Assembly: GCF_000150275.1 (NCBI RefSeq)
Contig: NW_002060943.1
Span: 5,228,008-5,292,007, forward strand
Direction: 5' to 3'
DNA length: 64,000 nucleotides
Source of the DNA: Trichoplax adhaerens
Lineage: Eukaryota > Animalia > Placozoa
Shown here in pieces: positions 39,073-51,344 of the stretch. The notes beneath the pieces are model-generated. The model saw nothing but the letters and a program-made list of their open reading frames with translations. It ran no database searches and was not told the DNA's origin. A program made the translations under genes and the position numbers. Numbering within the stretch: position 1 is the first letter of the stretch; the number at the start of each line of letters is the position of its first letter.

Positions 39073-42000
39073 TTATTCTTGACCATATATACACCACCCG
39101 ATAAGTTTTCGTTTGAGTAAATCATAGTCTTTAGAATCTGTAATTACAGTACATTGCACAATCACATAAAGAAAGACCAATATTGCTCATTCAGATGTAA
39201 TAACTTACCCTTAGTAATCCCTTTTTTTCGTAATATTTGATCAATTGCTACAACCGCCTGAAAATAAATTGAATAAAATAGAGAACTGAATTACAATTTT
39301 AAGTACTTTATAGAGTAAAAGCCAAATAGCCATATTTACTTCATTAGGTAGTTTGTCAAGCAAAGACTGCACTTTCTTGTAGGTAATTTCACGTTATAAT
39401 ACAGATCTATGTAACCATTGAAGGTAACATATACTANANNNNNNNNNNNNNNNNNNNNNNNNNNNNNNNNNNNNNNNNNNNNNNNNNNTTTAGGTTAAAT
39501 AAACTTAAACTTACCACAAACAAATGCGATTATATTGTCGCCATAATTAAATCGAACCATATCACCTTTGCCATCGTTAAAGTATGTAACACCGTCCCAA
39601 GCTGTCAGAACGACACAATCATATCCACCGTCCTTAGAAATCCATTCAATACAATATTAGTAACTGGATAATTTCACGTAATTTATGTATAAATTCTGTC
39701 AATCAGTAGAAATTAAAAGTGTTATATCATTTAGAGTAACAAAATTACCATAAGATCTAGTTTATTAAGAGCAAATAGTTGATGAGTGACTTGTCCAGAC
39801 CAGATAGGCTTATAGAACTGATCACACAATAAAATATCTCCTTTATAAAAATCAAATAAAATCATAGTTAGCGCCTTATAACGATGTTGTCAAACTCACA
39901 GTCAGTTATGTAATGCGCATCGTAAAACTTTCATAGATACGAGTATAGTGAATTACTTTACATATTAATCCAAATTACCGTTTAACGTGCATAAAGCTTT
40001 CAATTCCTTTACTCCATCATCGGAATCTGTCGGGTTATAAGGAAAGATAAGGTAGGAATCACACAGATTTTCAGCTATAATTTAAAAAGGAATATCTTTG
40101 CTTTCAATTAAATAAACCAATTAGTTTAACTAACTTATTTTAATTCCATTAAGAAACTGCGTCATGGTGCTGGTGGTCCTACAATTGGACAATGAACAGT
40201 ATTCGACAGTACTGTCGTTTCTTGACATTACTCTGCTCTCACTAGGGTTTCTAGTTAACACAGTAAGTATAACAGTAATATTAAGTCTTTTTAGCAGATA
40301 TGACAAAATTCTCACCTGATCGTTAAATGAGGTTATGACGAAAAATTTTTACTAATTTACTTAAAACTGTGGGCACTGCTTTCGGATTCACTGGCTTCCA
40401 TATACTTTGTGTCTTGAAAGAAACTCTTTCCAAACGATCCTACAAGATCCTCCACTAGATCTGTAGAGATATCAGAACTTATAGATGTATTTTTTCCTTC
40501 TAACATTAAGTAAGCATATGTACAATCTGGCTGTGATGCAATCAGGTAATATTGATTATCCATCGATGTAGCTGACGCTATTGTCTCTATCTATTAAGTA
40601 TTTATATAGGAATTTGATTGATCATTCGAATAGTACATGGTCTTTTAGTAATTCAACGTATTAGTAACTATTTTACCTGCCCCTTTAGAGACCATTTATG
40701 TAAAAGTGTTAACTGCGATGAAGTTGATTGGATGCCTTGCTCTTCATTTGACAGCGTCACTGGTGCATATCTATACAATCTCACAACTCTATCTACGTAA
40801 GCTACAGCTAATTCTTGTTTTCCGTCGCCGTCTGTCCAAGATAGAAAAAATTACATAATGTCAATTAAAATCAGTAGTTCAAGTTATAGTTTCTTTAAAT
40901 TGCTTTTTGGTATTTACCAATATCTCGTAAAAGCAAAACTTTGCTATTGGCTAACATCCGTTGAGTAAATAATAGCTTGATAGATTTATCTTCTTTCTGT
41001 TCATCCTAATTGATAATAAGTAGTACTGTAGTCTCAAACAGGGCTACATTCGTCAATTATTTATATAACTTTACAAAGGAACACTCATTGAATTCCTACT
41101 TTTACCCCTTGATGTCCAGAGCAGTCAAAGACTCGACATAAGCCAGCGGCATTCATGCAAACTAAATAATTCTGTTTATTTATTAAAAGAATTGATGTCT
41201 ATTGAGTGGAGAATCAGAGTCTTGAACATTTAATAGAAATATTCATTTGGTCCAAAGATGTAGTAGCGGGTGTAACTTGTAATAATTGCTATTTACTACG
41301 GTAGAATACTTGCAGTTGTTAACATTACCTTTCCTTTATTCAAAATGTCCCCAATCGCAAGACAAGTGATCTAAAAATAGGATAATTTACTTTTCAGATT
41401 AATAGTCCATCCTAAGATAGCATCATTAGATTCAATTGATATCAATACAATTACTATAACGTATACGTGATTATCATAAATATTGATTAAATGATATAGA
41501 AGCATACAAAATAACCGCAAGTCTTATAAACACAATGTTAAAAATGTGTTGACAACCATTAAATAATTGTAGCAACTTTGATCACAATAAATTCTTTGTA
41601 TTATTATAGTTGAGTACATAGGACAGTGTTGTATCTTGCTTGAATCATTAGTGAGTTCACTCACAAATCCTAAACAGATTTTAGCTATTTCGTTACGTTG
41701 TTGAGTGAGTAGATTTGTAATATTATATTTGTTATTATATACTCGTACTTTTATAGTGGAGTGTTATAGCGATGATATAATGGTTCATAATAACATTGAT
41801 TTATACTGTTTGTCAGGTAATCAAGTAGTGCACATACGAGTTGAAATCAATAATCGAAGTGATTGGATGTACAGTAACTTGCGTTAACCTTTTATTGCAC
41901 GCAACTATTAACTGTATAAACGGCTTTTTATCATTTTATGATTAAATAGACGCCAAGTTCAGAATGCAGTTGTATGAATTTATAAACGTAATAGTATGTA

Positions 42001-43164
42001 TTCACAGTAAATAGTAACAAATGCAACTATTTATCCATTTTATGCACAATTATCTCAACATGGTGCAATACAGCGTTCATAACTATTACCGTTCCTAATC
42101 CGGTTGCTCGTTTCCAATAGGGTAGTATATTGCCTTTCTTAATCTCCAGCACTCCATGAATATTGCCGATCGCTAATTCATTATCCTGCGAATAAGTACA
42201 GGCAACTCAGTACAGTTTGATTACAATATGGTAATGCTGCAGCTATTGACTACGATGCATTTACACCTTTATTTCAGAATCGAATATACAAATGTAGCTT
42301 TATTACAGAATCATAACGCTACAGGTGTTCATTATGATGAGTTTATATCGTTATTAAATTATACCGTCACTTTATGCGTAAATGATGCGGTAAAGCACGG
42401 GAAGCAGATCTATAATTGGAACACTTACTGTAAGATACGATGCTATTACCTAACTAGCACCATCCTGATGGTGCCTGTGTCAAACGATGGTAAATAAACT
42501 ATCCCTATAATTGCATCTGCCAATCGATTGTAAATAAGTTGGAGAAATCAAATACGGAATCGAGACAAACTAGCAACATTGTAGACGGTACCGCGTTCAA
42601 TCGATCATCCATGTAAACAAAGGGACCAAATTACTGAATGGACATTAAGATATCGTATTAACTAACTAGCACTATCCTAATCGGTGCCATTATTATCAAT
42701 CCGATCATTCATGTCGACAAATTGGAGAAATCAAGTGCAAAATAGACATTACCGTACTTTAAAGATACAGTAGTTAGCAAACCAATACTATCCTCGTAGA
42801 GGCGTTTCAACCGATTGTAAACAAATTGGAGGGTTCCACTACAGAATCGATATTACAGTAACTAGCACATCACCGCTAACGATCGTTTATAGAAACAAAT
42901 TCAAGAAATCAAATGCAGAATCGATCAACACCAAATATCCTAACGCTTCCTTCATGAATCGATCATTTATAGGAATAAATTGAAGAAATTAAAGACAGAA
43001 TGAACATTTTAATTCATTCATAGATTAATTAATTCTTGTATTCAGTTGGATATTTTTGACATACGTACACCATCGTTACCGACATCTCCTAATACAACAG
43101 CTTGGGGGAAAAGATTGCCGGAGAAACTAAAGCTTAATTTCTCCACGAATGAGGCAGCATTCAT
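39073..43164 (-). CDS. ITFG2: KICSTOR subunit ITFG2 (integrin-alpha FG-GAP repeat protein 2)
   Basis: MNAASFVEKLSFSFSGNLFPQAVVLGDVGNDG|DNELAIGNIHG...|ITCLAIGDILNKGK...VLTAWDGVTYF...LVYVTFNG...LIGWCIYGQE*. The N-terminus matches ITFG2 orthologues. The gene is interrupted by an N gap and an apparent 1-nt frameshift. Confidence 0.9.
39437..39488. other. Assembly gap (N run) inside ITFG2
   Basis: Run of N bases that removes the acceptor and start of one ITFG2 exon. Confidence 0.99.
42520..43005. repeat. Degenerate ~80-100-bp repeat in ITFG2 intron 1
   Basis: AACAAATTGGAGAAATCAAATGCAGAATCGA-like motif at ~42535, 42718, 42820, 42895 and 42977. Confidence 0.6.
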
Positions 43165-43299
43165 ATTACATTCGTTCGTTAATGAATTGATCAGCTCTTT
43201 TGATTCGTTATAACTGTAAATCCAGGCTAGAATTCAAGTAGAACCATAGCTTGTTGCCTTTCTAATCGCATTTGAGCTCGTCTCGTTTAGAGATACTTT

Positions 43300-44055
43300 G
43301 ACAAGTCGCAGCTTGAAACAGAGATCGAAAGTATTACTTTTGACCAAAGTAGTTTCAATATTGTCCTTCTACTATAGAGTACAGTAGAAGAGCAGTAACT
43401 AGGCCACAGTATACAGTAGTAGAGACTGTAGTGTACAGTACTACAGACTGTACAGTACTATACAGTACTGTAGACTTACGGCTGTTCACAATAGTAGTGA
43501 GCTGCTTGTGTAAAACAAGTGTCGAAAGCTTCATCAGCTTTCGACCTCAAGTCGCAGCTTGAAACAGAGATCGAAAGCAGTACTTTTGACCAAAATGGTT
43601 TCAGTATTGTTCTTCTACTATACAGTTACAGTAGAAGAGCATTAACTAGGCCACAGTGTACTGTACAATAGTAGAGACTGTAGTGTACAGTACTACAGAC
43701 TGTGCAGGACTACTGTATACTGTACTGTAGACTCACGGCTGTTCACAATAGTAGTACTGTAAGCTGCTTGTGTAAAACAAATGTCACAAGCTTCATCAGC
43801 TTTCGACCTCAAGTCGCAGCTTGAAACAGAGATCGAAAGTAGTACTTTTGACCAAAATGGTTTCAGTATTGTCCTTCTACTATACTGTACAGTGTACAGT
43901 AGAAGAGCATTAACTAGGCCACAGTGTACAGTAGTCGAGACTGTAGCGTACAGTACTTTAGACGATACTATTGTACTGTAGTCTCACTGCTGTTCACAAT
44001 AGTAAGTAAGCTGCTTGTGTAAAACAAATGTCACAATCTTTATCAGCTTTCGAAG
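43300..44055. repeat. Tandem repeat, ~250-bp unit, 3 copies, in the ITFG2/SNRNP70 divergent promoter region
   Basis: CAAGTCGCAGCTTGAAACAGAGATCGAAAG at ~43302, 43548 and 43810; each unit is rich in TACAGT/ACTGTA. Confidence 0.93.
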
Positions 44056-44560
44056 TCATTTACACTAAAACGTCAACACTTAAAACGACATCTGCTTTAC
44101 ACATTGGCATCGTGTTTAGTATAACATAGGCGCCGGAGCCGATGCACGTGTGCCTACAGTACTGTGCACAATGAAATGACTGAATAATCATCTGAGCGTA
44201 CTGTAGACTGTACGATTGACAGTATACCTACTGGTACAGGCTGCTAAATCAATACTATACTTGTTAGTCAGATTGGCAATAGCTTACTACTGGACACGCA
44301 AAAGACAGCAAGAGAGGGACGCTAGCTTGTCGGTACAGTACACTACTGTATCGTACTACTGCTCAAGCCTCAAGCCTTGAGGCCCTTCACTAAGGCCAGA
44401 CGTCCAAAAACTATGGCGGCGGGATTAGCCTAGCTAAAGAAGTTGTTCAATTCTCTTTTCAATCTTCTCTACTTTCGTCCTTGCCAGCACTATTCTACAG
44501 TGAAAAAATTGAAGAATAACTAGAAATATCGGGCAGTATAGAAACTATTCAGAAACGACA

Positions 44561-47500
44561 ATGACTTACTGCCTTCCACCGCATTTATCGGCCTTCTTTA
44601 CACCCAAGGAACCGATCAAGTATTTGCCACCTTTAGATACTCCATCGCATTTACGAAAAAGAAGGCCTTATACTGGTGTTAGTGTTTTCCTATCGCAATT
44701 TGAGGTAAGATACCTGCTAAAAGTTAGCTTAAAACATGGTGATGTCATTACACTTGGTAGACTAATGTCAAATTGATTGGATCGACGATGGTAGTCGATC
44801 GAAACAGGAATAGACTTGAAATAATGACTAAATGACACCATACGCATTTACTGAACTGTAATATTTGAAATTGACAGACTGTTCGAAATAGTGCTCCCAG
44901 TGTGGTTACGGAAACAAGAGAAGAGAAGAGAACGCGCCAGGTCAGATATCTTGAGCTAGACATAAACGATGGTTGTATTGCTTGTTTTTTTACATAGGTG
45001 TAAAATAATTATAGAGAGCACGATTGAATATAAGCGTTGAAGTCTACTAGTCTAAATCAGTAGCATACTTTACATACGTGCAATAATAAATTTCACATTT
45101 TTAAAGTCAAGGGATTGCTTCAACTGAGATTATATCGAAAAGTTGAAATCAAACCTACTCTACACATACAGTGTTAAGATCAGTTGTACTATTGATGCGA
45201 CTACAGCATTACCAATAAATTATATATATACGCGTATGTCTAATTGTGATTTGATACAGTTTATACTGTATCTGTTGACGTACTTTCAAGCATCTAGCAT
45301 GCGATGCGTCCAACTTGATATTCACATAGTATGCAATGCATTTCTATCGTACTGTGAATTAAAGCTCTCATTAAAATGATTATACGGTCTGTTTTTATAT
45401 CCACTGAATTCTAAATATGTCAAGAGATGCTTGCTGATATTCAATAATAATACGTTATGTCTTTTGATGTAAAGTCCTTTCCTACTGTTGTATTAATTAG
45501 AAAAAAGAACGCTTGGATAAAGTATCAGCAAAACTACAAAAGGATTTAGCACAATGTAAGAAAATTGAATTCTTATAGACCTTGTACGAAATGGGACTAT
45601 CTATCACCACTGCAATAAATGCATGCCGTTCCACAATGACAATCTTGTATCAGCGATGGTCTTTACATTCAGATTTTTCAACTCATTTCTATACTTATAC
45701 TATGTTGCGTTTAGGGGATCCTCATAACAATCCTAAAGGTACAGAAGATCCATTCAAGACTTTGCTAGTTTCAAGATTGGTACGTAAAAAAGAGTTGATA
45801 TAGGAATATTACTGGGCGATTAATCGCAATGATGTTGTATGAAATTTTCCAACATAGATAAAGTTAAATACTCTATGCAACATAATTCAATCTAGAAAGC
45901 TTGAAAGGTTATCGTAATTTGATTTTACAGAGTTATGATACAACTGAATCAAAGCTAAGACGTGAGCTAGAAGCCTACGGCAGTGTCAAGTCTGTAAGTC
46001 TAATAATACGTCCAGAACATATATTGAGTGATATCGTGATACCTAGAACTTATCACGGTGAAACATGATTAATTTATAAATATACTGTACTTCATGTATC
46101 AAAATAATCGATAGTCAGTCTAACGACAGATGAAAGGGCGTATTTCAATCTCAGCTATAATTGGAAAATGCTTGTAGAGATAATTTGCTAGTGAATATTA
46201 TACTGTAAAAATACCACAACATATTGTAATAAGTAATTTCCTTGCTACAAAGATATGCATAGTGAACAATGATGAAATTTTTGCCATCTATTGCTGGTTA
46301 TTGTTACAAGTTTCAATCAGCAATATGAAGATGTGTTATTCACACTGTCTGATTTCACTTAGCCATCGCATAATCTTAATGTCTATCTTGAACAATAGTA
46401 ATGGATAATAAAATCATCAGTGTTACGTGCTATAGTCAATTGTAAACTGTTCGTGGATCCTATAACTAATGTAAATTCTTGTATGCTGCCATTTTGTTAC
46501 AATACTTATAGGTACGGTCGATATATGATCTTTCTGGTAAACCAAAGGGGTATGCTTTTGTAGAATTTGAGCATGAGCGAGATATGAAAGGTGAGCTAGA
46601 ATGCATCGATTAATAATATAAGTATGAATAACTTTTAGATCTTTGATTAAATTTTGTCCTTATAATGCTATCTACTCTTCATCGTGCGTCCTTGTGAGTT
46701 ATTTCAACGAAGACGGTGATACGTATTTAAGTATTCGATCAATCTTTTGATCGTTGTATAGGATTATTAGTTCTGAAGTGCGATATCATAATCTCGAATA
46801 CAATATTTAGGCCAATTACGTAATATAATACAAATTTGCGATTCGCAATGATCCGTTAAGAGTCCATATACGCAGATATATACTATTTTGTCAGCATATT
46901 TCACGTATGTAGTAGATTCGTATGCATAAAACTACCTATCTATTAAAACTGACTAGTTTGGTAAACAGTACTTGTAGTATTGGCTGCATCGCCAGTTATA
47001 AGTATGAACGTGCAAACGTGAATGGAAATTTTTTTATTCTCGTTAATAGTCTATTTATTATTTTGAACATGGCGAATTTGTATACTACTTTGTTTATGTA
47101 CCTTATTTGCATCAATTATATCTGCTTTACGAAAGTTTTTATGTACTCTGCAGAACCTTTGTATAAGTAAAAAATCAGTTATCATCCAAGCGGTAGGCAT
47201 CCATATAGCATTTATAGTATATAATAAGCTTTGAGGCTGTAGACTCCTACACAACAGGACGTTCTTTATCGTTGGGTTATGGCGTGAAAAGATATGTTAT
47301 AAATCATGGTAGTATTATATAAGGTATAAACAGTGATAGAGGTAAATTCCGGATCTGCATAGACTCTTAAGGTTAAATTTTAATTGATACAACCACATCC
47401 AGCAATGCGGATATACAATATTGATTCGCAGCTCTAATGGTTTAATGCAAAAGTTCGTCGGGATCATTCACATACTAGATTTTGGCTTCGTACCATCGTT

Positions 47501-48372
47501 TTGTACCACGCTACTTATAATTCAACTTCCGTGTTATATTGTTGGTGTTGGTAAATTTTTTATTCTAATCATTGTAAAACTGTATAATAAATTGTTAATG
47601 ATTACCGTAGCTGCGTATAAATACGCTGATGGTAAGAAAGTAGATGGACGGCGAATACTAGTGGATGTGGAGCGATCGCGCACTGTCAAGAATTGGCTAC
47701 CTAGGCGACTTGGTAAGTGCAAAAAATTTGCATTCCGAAAGTTTGTAGAAAGTGTAGAATAATGCAACAGAAATATAACAATGTTACTATAGTGCGCATT
47801 GTTTTGCTAACGCCTGACATGTAATTAATAGGAGGTGGATTAGGAGGTACCCGTCTAGGTGGTGAAGATATCAACGTCAAGCATTCAGGGCGTGAAGAAA
47901 ACAGAATGGATGATAGGTACTTGCTGCAATGCATTCTTGAATTAGAATTGGTAGTAGCGATATAGTTGTTATTTGTCTAAAATTGTGCTTACCTTGCAGT
48001 AGAGTTGGAGGAGATCGTAAAGTTTCACCTGATCGAGGTCTAGATAGGGATAGAAACAGAGATAGACGAGACAGAGATAGAGGAGACACAGAGAGATACA
48101 GAGGCAGAGATAGAGACAGGGATCGTGAAAGAGATCGTGATCGTGATCGTGACCGATATCGACCCAGATATGATGATCCAAACAGTGGCTATCGTGGTAG
48201 AGGTAGGGATTACAGAGATCGAGATCGAGAAAGAGACCGCAGAGATAGAGACCGTGATAGAGACCGAGATCGAGGTAGAGATAGGAGACATGATAGATCT
48301 AGGTCCCGAGAGCGTCGAGATTACGATAGAAGAAAAGATGTCGAAAGTGGTGAAATTGTTGAAGATATATAA
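44561..48372 (+). CDS. SNRNP70: U1 snRNP 70 kDa protein (RRM and RD/RE-rich tail), 9 exons
   Basis: [24 protein letters not shown]...[11 protein letters not shown]|[12 protein letters not shown]...[18 protein letters not shown]|[35 protein letters not shown]|GGLGGTR, then the RD-repeat exon to the stop at 48372. Confidence 0.98.
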
Positions 48373-50739
48373 CTTTGCTGTGGTTGAGCAAGTTTTATTG
48401 TTTCATCGTAATGATTACATGGCAATGCAAATACTAGCTAGTGCACATATCATCAGTAGTATAATTCATGATTATTATTTTCGACCTATTTCTTGCAGTA
48501 ACGTCAAGAGTCTTTGAACAGCTTAAAATCGTATATCAGCTTGCAAGTGTATATCGCAATATATCAGCTAAAAATAGCCTGTTATGATCTTCAATGACTT
48601 TTGGTCATTTATGCCTTTACTTACCATATTCTCTTCTTATCGCCTTCATAGGTTAGTTTGATAAGAAGTGTTTGATTTGGAATTTTGCACTCTATAGTGA
48701 TAAAGTACGTATTGACAAATTTATTCTTTCATCATTGAATTAAGACCTCAAGTTGTAAGTATAGTGGTAAGCTGATGGAGATATTACACGACGTACAGAT
48801 TAAAGCTGTTACACAGTTGTTAAGCTACCATTACTATCCTAACAATTCCTCTTACAAATTTGATAGTGAGATAAAAATAACTGTAAATTATAATTAGTAT
48901 TGTACATTAACTTGTACTGTACTGCCTAAGAAATGGGCATTCGATATGTTTCTGAATCATCGGTTTTACTTGTGCTGAAGTGCTTCATTCCGCTAGAATG
49001 TTGGAGTATTTTGTATCGAATATTCGTTTTCCTATCCCATAAAGCACATGAATAAAAATATTCCTTCGATTTATGTGAAAAACTCAATTTTTGGTAGTAA
49101 TCATGTCATGAATAGCTGATTTAACTCTGCATTAAAGACATTTATTCCTAGACTAGTTAATGCAGTGCTACTTATAGCCACTGAAGTAATGTAGAATACT
49201 GTTATTACTTTATACTATAATCTCAATGATTGAGATTGGTACGTGAACATGTAAACGACAAGCGGTAAGATTAGTATCAATTTAATAGTACATATCGCGC
49301 TGTAAATTTTAATCGATTTTCCGACATGATGAACGCAAGCGGCAGTCCTAGGCTATAGCAGCCATGATATTTTCCAATAATACAAGTACAATTGCGAGTA
49401 TGTCCAACAAGGTGCCAATTGTACGTCTATAAATTATATCATGGAATGAGTGAGAGGCTGCAGGTAAGATTGAAAGTTATCCCCGTACTTTACGCTACTG
49501 CTAGTTACTATTCACAATCTGGATAGTAAAGCTCTGGCATGGACTACTGGATATCTAGTTGGCCATGGCACTTGTAAGCTGGAGTCGTTTCCTTTCTCTA
49601 CATTACTGATATGTAACTCAGATAAGCTGTGATGATAGATTCCTTAAGCTAAAGTACTGGGTCTGCAAAAAAATAAAGTCAAAATGCAGCATAGTAATGC
49701 TTAGCTCTAGTACAAGTACTACAGTGCTCCCTCTACAAGACCCACAGCACCTGAGTTTTAATTCTATTTATATACTTATCGACCGCTGTGTACAACTGGA
49801 AGCCACAAATAGTTGGAGTCCTTGGATTTATATAAAGATATTTTTCTAAATCATTTTCACCTCTCACCATGAAAAGATGATTATAATTATTCATAGACAC
49901 TAAGTGTCATTACCAATATGTTTAGAAGGTGAAATACTGTAGTACTATAAAGTAAAGCGCTATAGCAGGCTATATCTACGTGCGCAAATAAAATCAATTA
50001 ATCCAAGATGAATTTGATAAAATTGGACCACTGTGAATGGGCCAACAGCAGTACAGTATACGTAAGATCAGCTTAAATTATTCATTTTAGTAGTGGAATC
50101 CTATACTATTTCATTTTATTATATAATTTTGGATTACAGTATATAATTCGCTTGTCGTCTCTAAGTGGTTCCACACAATTCTGTAGAATTGAACGAACAC
50201 CTGTATGCTACGTCGTGATTTTACGTAAAGTGTTACAGTCGAGTAGTCACATTACCAATGCCTAACTCGGAATAAAGGACGAATATGATTATAGTAAATC
50301 TAATGAATATCCATTGGCAGCAAATGAATCCCTCTTGTAGACGCTAGATCTGTCCCCTATGTAAATGATTTCAGTTAATTATGGTATAGTAATGGCATTA
50401 CCAATTTAGGAAGCGCCAATGTTACTGGAGTAACATTGATTTTTACTACTATTTATTTAATACCCATTGGTTGCAAATGAACTCTGTTGTCAAGGTGAAT
50501 TGAGTGCCATTGGATAACTCGGAAAATCCACCAACAACATGACAATATCAAATCGCAGAGACTACTCAAGACAAAATTCTTAATTCTAATTATAAACTCC
50601 ATTAGAACAGGATTGAACTTTCAAGTAATTGGGGGATTACAATTTAGAATTTTGTATTTAGTAGTGGCAGTCAAATCGACTTGTTCATTTTGGTCATTGA
50701 ATCCTTCTTTGTTCTTCTAGGTTGTATATAACAAATACA

Positions 50740-51160
50740 CTATATACTATATATGTGACACGTGTACACTGTACACTAGTTTGCCTTATTAAGCAAAGTC
50801 AAGGGCAAAGAAAGAGTCAATCAGTATGAAATCGATGCACTTCATCGACAGGGCTGTGTATTGTTGGCGTTCATTAGGGGGGGGGGGGGGATTCATTATC
50901 AGTTATTTATCACCTACTCGAACAATGACTATTGTCCTGTGTGACGTAACAGCACCGTGCGTCAACACTGTATGTACGTCAGTACAAGCAGAGTTGACCG
51001 CAATCCTAAAAGGGTGTGCGTAGCGAGACGAGTACCGAAACTGTCGGGACGAGTACTGAAACTGTCGTGATGGCCTATACTGGAACCTACATTGAGGCCA
51101 TACCGAGTTAGCTTTGCTAGAAAAGAAATAGTACTGTACTGTACTGTACTGGGAGGAAAC
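50740..51160. promoter_or_regulatory. Likely MICAL promoter / 5' region
   Basis: Locally GC/CpG-richer; G14 run at ~50877-50890, a 21-bp tandem duplicate GACGAGTAC(C/T)GAAACTGTCG at ~51027-51068, and (GTACT)4 at ~51130-51150. Confidence 0.4.
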
Positions 51161-51344
51161 TAAGAGACCTGGGATGTGATCCATCTTTGTCAATTGAATT
51201 AGTAATCACAGCCATCAAGCTGAATGGGAAAAAAAGGCTAATTGAGTATTAATAATTAAGAAAAACTCTTTCCTACTTCATTTTTGTACAGGCTATTCAA
51301 AGAAAAAAGTATACAAGAAGGCTAAGGAATCATTTTTCAAAGAC

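Noticed and set aside
47877-48517. Overlapping ORFs in alternative frames and on the antisense strand (IEIE, ISIS, HDHD)
   Set aside because: These are shadows of the low-complexity RD-repeat exon of SNRNP70.
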